A DNA stretch of 64,000 bases. It comes from Octopus sinensis. Taxonomy: Eukaryota. A program made the position numbers and the translations under genes. The stretch is from the NCBI RefSeq assembly GCF_006345805.1, contig NC_043019.1, positions 1,488,001-1,552,000 of the forward strand, read 5' to 3'. The notes under the pieces were generated by a model. That model was given only the letters and a program-made list of their open reading frames with translations, was not told the DNA's origin and did not search any database. Positions within the stretch are counted from its first letter, which is position 1, and each line of letters begins with the position of its first letter. Shown one piece after another: positions 25,113 to 37,476 of this stretch.

Positions 25113-25243
25113 GAGGGCATTATTACACATATATGCCTCACGCTAGGAGGGACTTTCAAATTCAAGACTATTATGATTATTTTAGTAGTTTTGACTTTGA
25201 ACGTCCCTCCTAACGTGAGGCATTTATGTGTAATAATGCCCTC
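25113..25243. mobile_element. Short palindromic MITE-like element
   Basis: ~58-bp TIRs GAGGGCATTATTACACATA(T/A)ATGCCTCACG(C/T)TAGGAGGGAC..., flanked by TATA. Termini are homologous to 15444-15874. Confidence 0.75.
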
Positions 25244-25554
25244 TATAAAATAAAAATGAGTACATTTAAAAGAAAAAATTTATATACTATTGTATACATT
25301 ATATTATTCGTGTAATTTACTTAATCTTTACTTTTTTATTTTTTATTGTTTTTTAATTGTTGTTTTAATTTTAACTTTTCTATTATATGTAATTTTCTAG
25401 ATGGTGTAATTTAATTATTCTTTTCTAATTGATGAAAGGTGGTTTTTTTCTAATGTGTTATTAATATTATATTGTGTGGAATTTGATTTAGTACTTCTAA
25501 ATTGAATTCTTTTTCCTTGTCAGTTTGGATTTTATTCCCTCAAATAATAATAAT

Positions 25555-25615
<61 letters not shown>

Positions 25616-25642
25616 ATATTATATATATATATATTATATATA

Positions 25643-25700
<58 letters not shown>

Positions 25701-26401
25701 TTAGAGACAATATTAATTAGGAATATATATATATATATATATATCATACAATAAGGATAAATACAAAAGGTTTGCTAATATATTGTATCCCAGTCACATA
25801 CGACGTATAGCACGCGAATTGATGAACGATATAAGTCAAGAACAACGTTTCGTTAATCAGCTTTGCAGACAGAGCTTTCAGTTCATCCCCAAATACATTT
25901 CCATTCGCTCTGTATGCTCCTGACGTGGTAGAATGTATGAGACTTCTGCAATTGAATGGTTTGTCTGTGCGTACACTTGCGATACTTGTAAGGATTCGGT
26001 TTTCTTTAGAATATAGTTGATTAATATAACACAAACATATAGCAAGAAATTCGCACATGGTCTTGTAAGAAGAAGAAACAGAATCAATCCTCGTGATATA
26101 CATTTAGATATTTGATATTTTGAAGTTAGCATGAGGCAGCGAGCAGGCAGAACCGTTGGCATGCCGGGCATTTCGACCATCTTTACGTTCTGAGACAAAT
26201 TCCGCCGACGTTAACCCTTCCAGGATCGGTTAAAAAAAGTACCAACTGAGGAATGTGTGTCGATGCAATTGACTATACCCGCTTCTCCCTAATTTTCTCA
26301 TTATATGCTAAAATTTGCAGCCAATAATTTAACTGTTAAGCTGGAAACAATTCATTCGACATTTTCCCGGACGCGCTACCGTTTCTGTCATCTCACAGTC
26401 T

Positions 26402-26886
26402 AAGCAGCGAAAAGGCCAGATATCATAGTAAAAGACTTCAGACAAAATACATGCCTCCTCATTGATATGACTGTCCCAATCGATATAAACTTATCTGTCA
26501 AGACCTACCAGAAACTGAGCAAATATAAAGATCTGGAAATAGAAATCAGCAAAATGTGGAACCTGAAGACTAAAACAATACCTGTTGTCATAGGTGCCCT
26601 GGGAATGATAGCAAAAGGGGCTGATTGCTACCTAACTCAGATACCAGGAAACCGCAAAATGGCAGAAACCCAAAAGGTAGTGGTCATGGGAACTGCTCAT
26701 ATCCTACGCAAAATGCATTCTTTGTAATCTCAAGTTTTAAAACAAACATAATTTTCGTATGTTTTTTAGGCATTCACTAGTACAACACTAAGTACAAAAC
26801 CAAAAATATGGCACCAACATGAGCTTCCAACTTGTTGTTTCTTGAGGTCTATGGGTGAGACTTGGAGCGAGCAAAAGTCAAACATA

Positions 26887-26888
<2 letters not shown>
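26402..26888 (+). mobile_element. 5'-truncated R4/Dong-type LINE (restriction-like endonuclease end) with (AAT)n tail
   Basis: KRPDIIVKDF...LLIDMTVPIDINLSVKTYQKLSKYKDLEIEISKMWNLKTKTIPVVIGALG, followed by a 3' UTR and (AAT)n. Confidence 0.82.
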
Positions 26889-26939
<51 letters not shown>

Positions 26940-26959
26940 TAATGATAATAATAATAATG

Positions 26960-27023
<64 letters not shown>

Positions 27024-27089
27024 CATCATTATCATCATCATTATTATTATTATTTTATTATTATTATTATTATTTTTATCATTATTATG

Positions 27090-27128
<39 letters not shown>

Positions 27129-27129
27129 A

Positions 27130-27187
<58 letters not shown>
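26889..27187. repeat. (AAT)n abutting (ATT)n microsatellite (mirror palindrome)
   Basis: Strand switch near 26983. Confidence 0.9.
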
Positions 27188-27382
27188 GGCAGAAGGTTAA
27201 CAATTCTGTGTATGAGGTTAGAGCGTGAATGAACTGGTCAGCTGGTCCTTATTTTATCGATATCGAGGGGTTGAAAGGCAAAGGTCGATCTCGGTGGAGT
27301 TTAAATTCAGAACGTGAAGACGGACGAAACACCGCTAAGCATTACGCGCCGGCGTGCTAACAATTCTGCCAACTCGCCGCCT
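27187..27382 (-). mobile_element. SINE with (TAA)n tail
   Basis: Head 'aggcggcgagttggcagaattgttagcacgccgg...gcttagcggtgtttcgtcc'. Confidence 0.7.
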
Positions 27383-27478
27383 GAATAATAACACCAAAAA
27401 CAATAACAACAAGTACAACAACCACAAGATGACGGAGAAGAAGAAGCAGAAGCAGAAGTAGAAGAACAAGAACAAGAA

Positions 27479-27532
<54 letters not shown>

Positions 27533-28361
27533 GATGTTGATGATGATGATGATGATGTTGATGATGATGATGATGATGATGATGACGATGATGATGACGA
27601 TGACGATGATCATGATCATGATGTATTTAGACATTTTTTTAAAGGTCTCTGAGTTTCGTTACCTTATTATTTCTGTTCATCTAAAATGTGACTTAATTAT
27701 ATTTAATACTTATGTTCAAATTGACCACAAAAGAACATGAAAATAACATGAATTAATTGTTTTGATCTTTATAGTTAAAGAACCACTGACGTTATTGTTA
27801 TACTTAAACCTCAATCATCTATATTATATTAATAGTACACATCCGATGTTCTTTTTAATTCGTTAAAATTATATTTAATTCCTTGCATTATGTAGGTGAG
27901 ACTCGACATAACTGTATATCCTTCATGCAGTGTGGACGCATAGGAAACGTTCCTGAATAATTGGCAGAGATTATTGAACAACAAATGTTTATTATGTATC
28001 CGCTAATTGCTATGTCAGGACATCTTATAATATACTCGCATTACATTTAATGGCAGTCACCCACCAGATTAACGACGCCTTTTAGGAAAGGACAACGCCC
28101 GTTAAAAATGGAAGACCGCTTTTAGAAATTTGCAGTGGTGTTTGCTCGTACCATTTAGTTTTTCTTGAAATTGTTGTTACTCTTAGGCAATCCATATTTC
28201 CTCGATCTGTATTGTTTTGATTGATTTGAGTAACATAGGAAAAATCTCATGTAAACACATATAATAATAATGGTGATGATGATGATGATGTTAGAAATAA
28301 TAGTATAATAATAATAATAATAGTAATAATAATAATAATAATAATAATGATAATAATAATG

Positions 28362-28410
<49 letters not shown>

Positions 28411-28412
<2 letters not shown>

Positions 28413-31400
28413 CCGGGGGACGTTTAAGATGTAAGAAGGACAATTCAGAGCTCCGAAATCTATCCACAAACATCGAAAACAAGGACATCCTATGGAGCCA
28501 AAGTTTTACTAACAAAGAATTGGACTGTATCCGAGTAAGTAATGCTAATTGAAATTTATTACTATTTTCGAAACGAAATGATGTATTTTGACTCGATATC
28601 ATCTCCACCTCTAACGCAACACATGTAAACATGCGTGGAACATCACGATCATCCCCGACCCCAAACACCATGTACAAAGGAACTACGAAGAAATTAAATG
28701 CCACCGATACTATTCAACCCAAGAATAACAATCGAGCGGTACGTACATTAAACTTACAACAAAAAATGTACGAAAAACTACACGTGCGAAATAATGTGAC
28801 AACAGATATAAACGGACCGGTACCCTACGAAAATGACGACCGTCAAAATAATGGGCCGGACGTTGTACCTCATGTCCCGCAAATAAAACCCAAAAGACGT
28901 AAATGGACACGTGAGGAATACATTTCTGTCTTACACGCATACTTCACAGCAGTACTCTACCCAAAAAATGAAAATACAACAACGCATACATATAAAATAT
29001 GGAAGGAAAATAGTAGAGATATAGACTTGGATACAGCAATGAACCCTAATAAATTAGCTAACGTACGAAGATACATTCTCAACACAAAAAAAATATCAGA
29101 AATAGAAATAGAACACCTAAAAGAAAACATACACCAGGAAAATGTAGATAGAAGCCACACAACAATGCCCAATAATATAAACACTGAAACTGTAAAACAC
29201 GAAGACAAACGCAACATTCCCAACAAACACGATGTAAACAACGAAGGGGAGCCTAATGATTATGATAATATAAAAAATAAAATAATCAAAGAATTGAAAA
29301 CCACAGAACTCAAAATGGACCACCGACCATACCTCCCAAGAATCAAAATAAACGAAATAACAACACCTATTATAAACAGCATAAACCTAGCCGTCACTGA
29401 ACTGATAGCCACTGAATCAAAAAAAAGTGATATCACTGAGCTAAATGACCTAATATACGCAGCAGCCACTGCAGCCACAAAAGAAGCTGGATACTCACCC
29501 AAACAGGAGTACCACCACCCAAACAAACCCTGTGGATAAATAACATCCAAAACAAAATTTAAAAAATTAAAAAAGACCTGTCGATTCTTAATGAAATCAG
29601 CAAACAATCAACGCTACTGAGCAACAAAAAGAGAACAAAAATACTCCGCAAATATAACATCACAGAGAAAGATTTGCCTGAAATAAAAGAAAAGCTGAAG
29701 CAAGATATCCTTGCCAAAGCACAAAGGATCCGCCGGTACGAGAAACGCCAACGCTTCTTTGAACAGAACAAAAAGTTCAACTCCAACCCCAAAAAGTTCT
29801 ACCAAGAACTGGGCAAAAATAAAATAGAAGTCACTGCAGCACCAACGGCAGAAGAATTGGAAGAATTCTGGAGAGAAATATGGTCGGCGAACGAACCACC
29901 AAAAAAAAGGAGTACCAAAATAACAAACTCGGCATCTGAACAACTTTGGACACCCATAACAACTGAAGAGGTCACCCAGGCACTGCAAAGACTAAGCAAC
30001 TGGAAGGCACCTGGGTATGACAAGATCCCCAACTTCTGGTTGAAATATCTAACAGGAATGCACAAAAAGCTGGTTGAAAACTTTAACAACGTACTAGCAG
30101 AGCCAGAGACAATGCCTGAATGGCTCACGAAGGGGAAAACCATCTTAATTCCGAAATCAAATAAAACAGAAAAACCAGAAAACTACAGACCAATAACCTG
30201 CCTCCCTACTATGTTCAAGGCATGTACTGCAGTGATATCACAAAGGCTGAACAAGCACCTGGACGAAAACAAACTGTTCCCAGAAGAGCAGAAAGGATGC
30301 CGCAAAGGTTCATATGGCTGTAAAGATCAACTAATGATTAATAAAGCCATAACTGAAGACAGCCACAGAAAGAAGAAGGCCTCAGTATGGCCTGGATTGA
30401 CTACAAAAAGGCGTTTGATAGCATCCCCCACACATGGATCCTCGAAACACTAGCCATTAACAAAGTAGCACCAACAATCATAAAATTCATAGAGCACTCT
30501 ATGAATAAATGGCAAACAGTCCTACACCTCCAAACAAAAGAGGGACTCATGAAAACCAAAGACATCCCCATTAGAAGAGGAATATTCCAGGAGACACGCT
30601 CTCTCCACTCCTTTTCTGCTTGGCACTGTCACCTCTATCTGATATGCTAAATAGAACTGGATGCGGATATAATGTTACGGCAAAACGATCAGCCACCTTT
30701 TATATATGGATGACCTAAAACTATACGCTGCAATGACAAACAGCTGGAAACACTATTAAAGACAGTTCATGGATTTACCAAAGAAATAGATATGTATTTT
30801 GGATTAGAAAAATGCGCCAAAGTAACCATGAAAAGAGGAAAACTAGTTAAGAGTAGCAACATCACACTAGATAAAACCAATGAAATAAAAGAATTAGACC
30901 AAAGCCAACTTACAAATACTTAGGAATCCATGAACTAGATAAGACACAACACACACAAATGAAAGAGAAAATTAAAAAAAGAATATTATAGACGAGTTAG
31001 ATCAATACTAAACACAGAGCTCAATGCTAAAAACAAGATAATAGGTATCAACACTTTAGCTGTCCCAGTTATAAGTTACAGCTACAATATCCTTAACTGG
31101 ACACGAAATGAACTGACCAAAATAGACAGGAAAACAAGAAAAATAATGACAGGATCTAGGATGTATCACCCAAAATCTGACATAGAAAGACTATATATAC
31201 AACGTATAGAAGGTGGTAGAGGCCTTATACAGCTGGAAAACTACTATAAAATAACCACCATAGGACTGAAAAAATATCTACTTCAGAAGGAAGGAAAACT
31301 GATCCAGATAGCGGCAAAACACGAGCAAAACAAAAAACTGTTCTCAGTATTTAAGGAAGCTGACAAATACAAACAAGAAATCATACCACCTAATAAACAT

Positions 31401-32355
31401 GAGGAAGAAGAAGAAGAAGATGAAGAAACAACAAAAGCTATAAAACAAATGAAATCCAAACTAAAAATAGAACAGCAACGAACCATGATAAAACGATGGC
31501 AAGAAAAGCCCCTTCATGGTAAATACTGGACTAAACTAAACGCAAAAGAAATAGACAAAGAAAAGTCCCAGCAATGGTTGAGAAGCTCAGGACTCAAAGC
31601 TGAACCAGAGGGAGTTTTAATTGCAGCATAAGACCAAAGCCTCCCCACCAGAAATTACCAAAAACATGTAATGAAAAGAAATATTACAAGTAACTGCAGA
31701 ATATGTGGAGATGGACAAGAAACAATAAATCATATTATCTATAGCTGCCCAGGCCTGGCTAAGAAGGAATATATTCACAGACATGACAGATTTGGAACCT
31801 ATATACATTGGAAGCTATGCCAACATTATGGAATAACAACAGAAAAAAGATGGTATAGGCACACACCAGAAAATGTCACAGAAAACGAGAAAGCAACCAT
31901 ACTCTGGGATATGCCGATACACACAGATAGAGACATTAAGGCCAACAGACCAGATATAGTTGTCAGAGATCATGAAGAAAAAAAATGCTTTCTAATTGAT
32001 GTATCAATACCGGCTGATGACAACGTGTCTCTAAAAGAAATGGAGAAACTCTCAAAATACAAAGACCTGGAAATAGAGGTAACTTGAATGTGGAATCTGA
32101 AAACAGAAACAATTCCTATCATAGTAGGTGCATTAGGCATGATAAAAAAATATTCAGACAAATACATAAAAACACCAGGACTTACAAACACATATAACAT
32201 ACAGAAAATTGCACTACTAGGCACTGCACACATCCTACGCAGAACACTTTCCATACAATAACCATCAGCGCATCACAACATATCACAGCACATACCCAAG
32301 GCACACAGAGCTGCGCTCGGTAGTGAAGTGAAAGCACGCTATAAAAATAAAACTA

Positions 32356-32360
<5 letters not shown>
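28411..32360 (+). mobile_element. Full-length R4/Dong-clade non-LTR retrotransposon inserted in (TAA)n
   Basis: Flanked on both sides by (TAA)n. Motifs include RRKWTREE, NWKAPGYDKIPNFW, PENYRPITCLPT, MAWIDYKKAFDSIPH, YMDDLK, the CCHC knuckle CRICGDGQETINHIIYSC, and the RLE RPDIVV...LIDVSIP..KYKDL. Confidence 0.92.
28631..32261 (+). pseudogene. Dong/R4 single ORF (RT, zinc knuckle, restriction-like endonuclease), disrupted
   Basis: ORF-track pieces 28631-29539, 29674-30453, 30387-30650, 31146-31631 and 31671-32087 are colinear and separated by frameshifts or stops. Confidence 0.88.
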
Positions 32361-32386
<26 letters not shown>

Positions 32387-32397
32387 GTAATAATAAT

Positions 32398-32955
32398 AAT
32401 GCCCTAATACAGTACCAGGCAGTGGCTCTCGTGGCTTCTGAGCTTAACTGATTGGAAGTGTTGTCATGTACATTGTTTTGTCTTGGTATAAAAGATGGAC
32501 TGCAGCAAATATTCTGCTCAAAGACAATAGATTTGCTTGTCAGTTGTTTGACCTTAACCAGTTGACCATGTCCCTTGGTGGTTGACTATATGTGAATCTC
32601 TTATCACGAGCAGAAGTAGTATGGGAGCATCATAGCCATGTGTTGAGAGGGATTCTTTGGGGTTTGAATAATTCACCTCTGGAAACATGGGTGTTTCGTT
32701 CAACATCCTTAAACAATCCTTATTGAGGGATTTTGAGCTGTATGGGTTACTTGACCAGAAGAAAATTCTAACTGGACCCCACCTACAAGGTCACATGCCG
32801 TTTGTCTTGATATGAGATCACCATGTCGCACACATATGGTTGTGATGCATGTGCTTAGTGTAACCTTATCAGACGGGTAGTCATGATGGGTATACTGGTC
32901 TTCGTATATTTTACCCCAATGTCACTTTGATGGCATGAACTGCTCTCTCACTCAA
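32398..32955 (+). repeat. Non-coding interspersed repeat bracketed by (AAT)n, probably a retroposed element or LINE 3' UTR
   Basis: Complex ~560-bp sequence between two (AAT)n tracts, with no coding motif. Repeat status is from recall, not shown within the window. Confidence 0.5.
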
Positions 32956-33329
32956 TTATAATAATACTAATACTAATAATAATAACAACAAGAACAACAA
33001 CAACAATAAAAATAATAATAATAATAATAATAAATAATAATAATAATAACCACCACCAAATCCAATACCACCACCAATACCACCACCACCAATACCACCA
33101 CCACCACTACCACCACAACAACAGCATCTAAACAAAAACACCAACAACGATAATTATGTCTACTAAAGACGCAAGGAGGGAAATTTGGGTGGAAAGGACT
33201 AGTTTATGAGAGCGCTCCGAGTGCCCACCTGCTAAATATTTCAATGATGATGATTTATAGAAACAAACTTTTCTAATAGACGTTTTGAATTAATAAAAAC
33301 GCAGTAACATAAATTCTTTAAAAGATTTG

Positions 33330-33720
33330 TTCTCTCCATTACCATTAAGAGAGAAAACAACTCTATGAATCTTGTAGATGCTAATTGTAATTTATTAACG
33401 GGGCTCATGAATCTTTCTAAAAAACCTAGCTTCAACTTAAAATACATACACTCCCAAAGTAATCATCTGGATTAATTAAAAAAGAACTTAATATTAATAA
33501 AATAATATCTAATTTATCTTCTAATGAGGACATATTTAATAAACATATGAACCAATATAATATTGCTTTAAGTAATATGGGTTATAAAGATAAAATAAAA
33601 TACTGTGAACCAATTAGTAATAATCATAAAAAGAATAATAACACAACTAAATATAATTCTAATATAAAAAAATAAGTATTTACGCAAACCTAATATAAAC
33701 AACAACAATAATAATAGTAT
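33330..33720 (+). pseudogene. Degenerate PLE RT thumb remnant
   Basis: KPSFNLKYIHSQSNH...ISNLSSNEDIFNKHMNQYNIALSNMGYKDKIKY matches the PLE pattern KP....YI...SNHP...ISNLSSNE.IF...Y..AL...GY. Confidence 0.6.
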
Positions 33721-34559
33721 TGAAAATGGAAAAAAAACTACAAATAGTTATAATGTAATTACAAAATAACACACCCTTTTGATATGTAAACATATAACAA
33801 ATAAGAAAAAGAAAAGATTACGTCTGTTTTGGTAATTAATAATTATTTATTGCTTTACCGCTACATTATTATTTCTCTTATATATATGTATGTATGCATG
33901 TTTGTATGTATGAATGTATGTATTTATGTATGTATGTATGTATGTATGTATGTATGTATGTACATATATGTGTGTATATGTGTGTGCATGTGTAGCCGTG
34001 AAACGCTGGTAAGTATCGAGCAGTCAGTGGTAGATATGAAAAACAATTTTGAGGAACAATAATTGTTTATTGAAGGAGAAGGTTGTAGGCCTTTATCATA
34101 TCGAAGTCTGATTAGCTGAAAATTGTTCCTTGTAATTCAGAATTAGCAAGTTCGGTTGCTATGAATGTCAATGAAAATGCAAATTGAATGAGTGGAGCAG
34201 GTAAAATCCATGCTACATATGTTTCCAAACTTGCAGCACCTCGGAATTGATAACCACTCAACGAAAGGTACTCCACAAGCTACACCTCAGACACATTCAC
34301 CTTCATATAACCAAGGTATCGTTGGCCTGAGGAATAGCTAGTGCGGAAGATATTGTTGAGTAATTATTATTTCAGGGCTTATACTAGCGAGGAAAAATTA
34401 TTTAATAGTAAATATGGCCTTTTTCGTAAAAGCATATTTATTCTTAAATATTTTTTACATCGCCATATTTTCTTATATATTTATGTATTTATAGATTTTC
34501 AATGTGTTTTAATATTTTAATGACCGCTACATTTGTATTTTTAAAACTGATATATATAT

Positions 34560-34759
34560 CGATCCATGGCAGAATACATAGTTCAATATTTAAAAAATGA
34601 GGAATTATGTACATTATTTACATAATTTACATTTGACGGATGTTTTTCCTCATCGTGTTTGTTGTTAAGACAACGCTTCGGCTGATATTATCTCCAACCT
34701 TCATCAGGTGCCTTGGGGAAATTTCGAACCTTGGTTCTCATTCCTAAGGTATTTTTTTA

Positions 34760-34804
<45 letters not shown>

Positions 34805-35580
34805 CATTATTATTATTATTATCTTGGAGTTAGCAGCTCGCGCTCTTAAGTCTACGCCATATACCCGTAGGCAAATATGGAGTGAATTTTAGGGCTAATA
34901 AGTATAATATTATCATATTCTACACATATGCACTAGGTCTGCTTAGGAGGTTGTTGTGTCCTAGCATATTTGCTGCTTATTTTTGTTTTCGTATTTTCCA
35001 GTGGTGTTCTCTGTTAATTATTTTAAATTCATGCCACAGGACGTGCTCCCTATTTTTCCATACACGATCAGCCATGTCACAGCTTTGCGATGTTTGTCTA
35101 CCCTTATTTTGAGGGCGTGGCACGTTTCGCCTTTGTAGAACCTACCACAGCTGCATGGGGTGGAGTACACGCAATTCTTAGTCATATTCTATTCTATTGG
35201 TGGTTTTACTCGAAGGAGATACTTGGAAAGTGTTGTATTACTCTTGAATACTGTCCCGATGTCATATGGGCCTCATATATTTTGTATCTTTTCGTAGAGG
35301 CCTTTCACATAGGGTGGACAGATTGTGGATAGTTTATTGGTTTTATCCCTTCTTTTCTTCATAATTGCTGTGGATAGTGTTTCTTTGGGGGTAGTTGTTG
35401 CCTAATAGATTGTTATTGAGCTTGATCATTTCTTCGTGGTGTGTATCAAGATCACTACTTATATTCTTTGCACGATGTTTTAGGCACTGAGCAATCCCTC
35501 TCTTTACACTGTATGGATGGTGGGAATTGAAGTTGAGGTATCGTCCAGTGAAGGTCGGCTTGCGATATACGGACATCCTG
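34560..35580 (-). mobile_element. 5'-truncated Penelope-like element (RT thumb, GIY-YIG, 3' UTR)
   Basis: SVYRKPTFTGRYLNFNSHHPYSVKRGIAQCL, then NCVYSTPCSCGRFYKGETC and REHHWKIRK...NMLGH..LLSRPS, followed by (AAT)n and a hammerhead-like motif. Confidence 0.8.
34667..34712 (-). ncRNA. Degenerate minimal hammerhead motif in PLE 3' region
   Basis: GGCAC-CTGATGA-A-GGTTG(GAGATAATAT)CAGCC-GAA-GCGT-T-GTCTT. A15.1 is replaced by G and stem I is imperfect, so it is probably inactive. Confidence 0.5.
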
Positions 35581-35689
35581 AATGTATACATACATACATA
35601 CAAACACACACAGAGACACACACACAAACACAAACACACTCACATACATATATATATATATACATATATCTGTATATCTGTATATCTAT

Positions 35690-36003
35690 ATCACGTGATC
35701 ACGTAACCGACCAGGCAATCAGATGTTGCTACACACCGCTGGTCACAAAGCGCTTCTAATTGTTTTAGCCTTCAAATGACGCCCCCCCCCCCGCTGGCTA
35801 AGGGAGCAGGCCTACAGAAGAAAGAGAGACAGTTGCGGCTAAAGAGCACAGCAGGGATAACCCCCACCCACCCACCTGTCGGAGCTCCCGTGGAGCTGTA
35901 GGCGTTTTCGCTCAATGAACACTCACAACGCCCGGTCTTGGAATCGAAACCGCGACCCTACGACAGCGAGTCCGCTGCCCTAACAACTGGGTCACTGCGC
36001 CTA
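35690..36003 (-). mobile_element. tRNA-derived SINE
   Basis: Head 'ggcgcagtgacccagttgttagggcagcggactcgctgtcgtagggtcgcggtttcgattcc', same family head as 44196-44581. Confidence 0.75.
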
Positions 36004-36015
36004 TATATGTGTGTA

Positions 36016-36095
<80 letters not shown>

Positions 36096-36101
36096 TATAT
36101 A

Positions 36102-36147
<46 letters not shown>

Positions 36148-36551
36148 GTATGTATATAACCTATCCTCTCCTACTATTGACTGAAGTTTCGCAGTTCCGA
36201 TACAATAATCACAGGGATGCGTGCATCAGCTACATATATAATTTATCGACAGCACAGCAATAACGCAATATAAGTAGAAAGAATCGTGATGCAGTGTGCT
36301 TAAGATATCGTGATGAGACAAAGCGAAAATCACATACAAGAGAATATAGGTAAAATGCGAGGATAATTCTGTAACGAGTCCACAAGAGGCACGAGGAAAA
36401 TGACATTTCTCTCCTTTTTTTTATGTTTGGAAAGACTATTAAGTGAGAGTCAAACACAAAGGTGTGCATTTTGTGAACGGAAAGTAGGAAGAAATAATTA
36501 ATTACTTCCGGACGGAGATCCTTCAAAGAAAATAGATGAATGATTGAACAT

Positions 36552-37019
36552 GAGGTGTAGAAGTGGCTGTGTGGTAAGTAGCTTGTTTACCAAGCACATG
36601 GTTCCGGGTTCAGTCCCACTGCGTGGCACCTTGGGCAAGTGTCTTCTACTATAGCCTCGAATCAGCCTAAGCCTTGTGAGTGGATTTGGTAGACGGAAAC
36701 TGAAAGAAGCCCGTCGTATATATGTATATATATATATGTGTGTGTATGTGTGTGTGTATTTATATATATGTGTGTGTGTGTATGTGTGTGTGTGTATGTA
36801 TGTATGTTTGTATGTTTGTGTTTGTCCCCCCACCAACATCACTTGACAACGGATGATGGTTGTTTTACGTCCCCGTAACTTAGTGGTTCGGCACAAGAGA
36901 CAGATAGAATAAGTACTAGGCTTACAAAGAATAAGTCCTGGGGTCGATTTGCTCGACTAAAGGCGGTGCTCCAGCATGGCCGCAGTCAAATGACTGAAAC
37001 AAGTAAAAGAGTAAAAGAG
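36552..37019 (+). mobile_element. Composite tRNA-derived SINE, full length
   Basis: 'gtggctgtgtggtaagtagc...ggttcagtccc' head, internal (TA/TG)n, and tail 'gactgaaacaagtaaaagagtaaaagag'. Confidence 0.9.
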
Positions 37020-37396
37020 GTATGAATTAAAGTCATGATAGGAGTGATATAATGTGGCGGGATTCGAAAGCACAAAAAAAAAATATATGTGGACACCACA
37101 ACTATAAGAACATATCCAGGTGCCCTATGATTAAAATAATATCGCCCAGAGGGGGAGATATTTCTTCAGGTGTTTTTTGTTTTGGATATCGGATTGGAAG
37201 GGATATAAGCCGGCGCTTATGTGTCACTTAGACATCTGCCGGCACAGTCATACATCGAGTTTTAGCGTTATGCTGTACACCAACCAGTACTGATAGTTGC
37301 TTTTCTGTCTGAGAGCTTTAGGCGGGTGGGATATTTTTCTTTCCTCTGTTCTGTTTATGCAGAAATGTCCATTCCATTATCAAAGTATTCGCTCAT

Positions 37397-37468
<72 letters not shown>

Positions 37469-37476
<8 letters not shown>

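Noticed and set aside
26766-27740. Poly-N/I/Y/M ORFs
   Set aside because: They come from triplet microsatellites and have no coding signal.
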